Of a stretch of 37,845 bases of DNA, positions 37,569 to 37,845 are shown piece by piece (the first letter of the stretch is position 1; each line of letters opens with the position of its first letter). A model generated the notes under the pieces. The model was not told where the DNA came from. It worked only from the letters and a program-made list of their open reading frames with translations, and did no database searches. The stretch is taken from positions 1-37,845 of the forward strand of contig JAISMA010000192.1 of NCBI GenBank assembly GCA_031276985.1, given 5' to 3'. The translations under genes were made by a program, and so were the position numbers. Source of the stretch: Helicobacteraceae bacterium (GTDB taxonomy: Bacteria > Campylobacterota > Campylobacteria > Campylobacterales > SZUA-545).

Positions 37569-37574
37569 TTATAC
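37569..37574 (-). promoter_or_regulatory. putative -10 box (TATAATCGCGCCA context) for metG
   Basis: Minus strand reads GCGTATAATCGCGCCAATCACTACAAAGGCGGGCAATG. Confidence 0.3.
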
Positions 37575-37660
37575 GCTAAAGAGGCTGTGCGCGGGCGCGA
37601 TTTTCGTTTCGTTTTTTTTGACTCTGGCGGATAGCGGCGGACGCGAATCGTCGTCGAAAC

Positions 37661-37845
37661 TAATCGAGCAAAACGCGCAACGCCTGAAGCGAGCCTTGCG
37701 CCGTGAGATCGCACGTAACGGGCGTAAGCGAAACGTATCCGCTAATCACCGCTTCGTAATCGCCGTTGTCTGTGGGCAAAAAATCAAACGGATGCGATCC
37801 GAGCCAAAAGTACTCCTCGCCGCGCGGATTTACGCGCCTAGAAGC
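37661..37845 (-). CDS. surE: 5'/3'-nucleotidase SurE, C-terminal fragment (5' end outside the window)
   Basis: Manual translation gives ...NPRGEEYFWLGSHPFDFLPTDNGDYEAVISGYVSLTPVTCDLTAQ...LLD*, matching the SurE C-terminus (TD..A...GY.S.TP...DLT). It is not in the ORF track because it has no start within the window. Confidence 0.7.

Overview
This window looks like chromosomal sequence from a Campylobacterota (epsilonproteobacterial) genome. The assignment is inferred from gene order: envC-like M23 / ftsX / ftsE / trmB / FN3 lipoprotein / rluD matches the Campylobacter jejuni Cj1275c-Cj1280c block as I recall it, and purA / FliJ-like / MotE-like matches Helicobacter pylori HP0255-HP0257. Most of the window is housekeeping: ridA, gatB, thiE-like, atpB, glyS, ftsEX-envC, trmB, rluD, carA, purA, a cusFBA copper/silver efflux operon, trpC, metG and a partial surE. 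The unusual part is about 8.1-15.2 kb, between a cNMP-binding protein gene and the 3' end of envC. It holds two tandem units. Each unit consists of a 403-bp copy of the envC 3' end, a conserved non-coding module, a miniature RNase H-like gene, composite palindromic X/Y repeats, and secreted or lipoprotein cargo. The cargo genes are a GLUG-repeat lipoprotein, an FGE/SUMF1-domain lipoprotein, and a chimeric ORF built from amplified RNase H fragments. The region also carries a 19-nt poly-G tract and a frameshifted Cas6-like remnant. I found no integrase, transposase, reverse transcriptase, CRISPR array, tRNA or rRNA. A second repeat cluster of ATTCCGCG-N6-CGCGGAAT palindromes lies at 33.56-33.99 kb. 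All functional calls rest on reading the translated ORFs against remembered family motifs; no database search was run.
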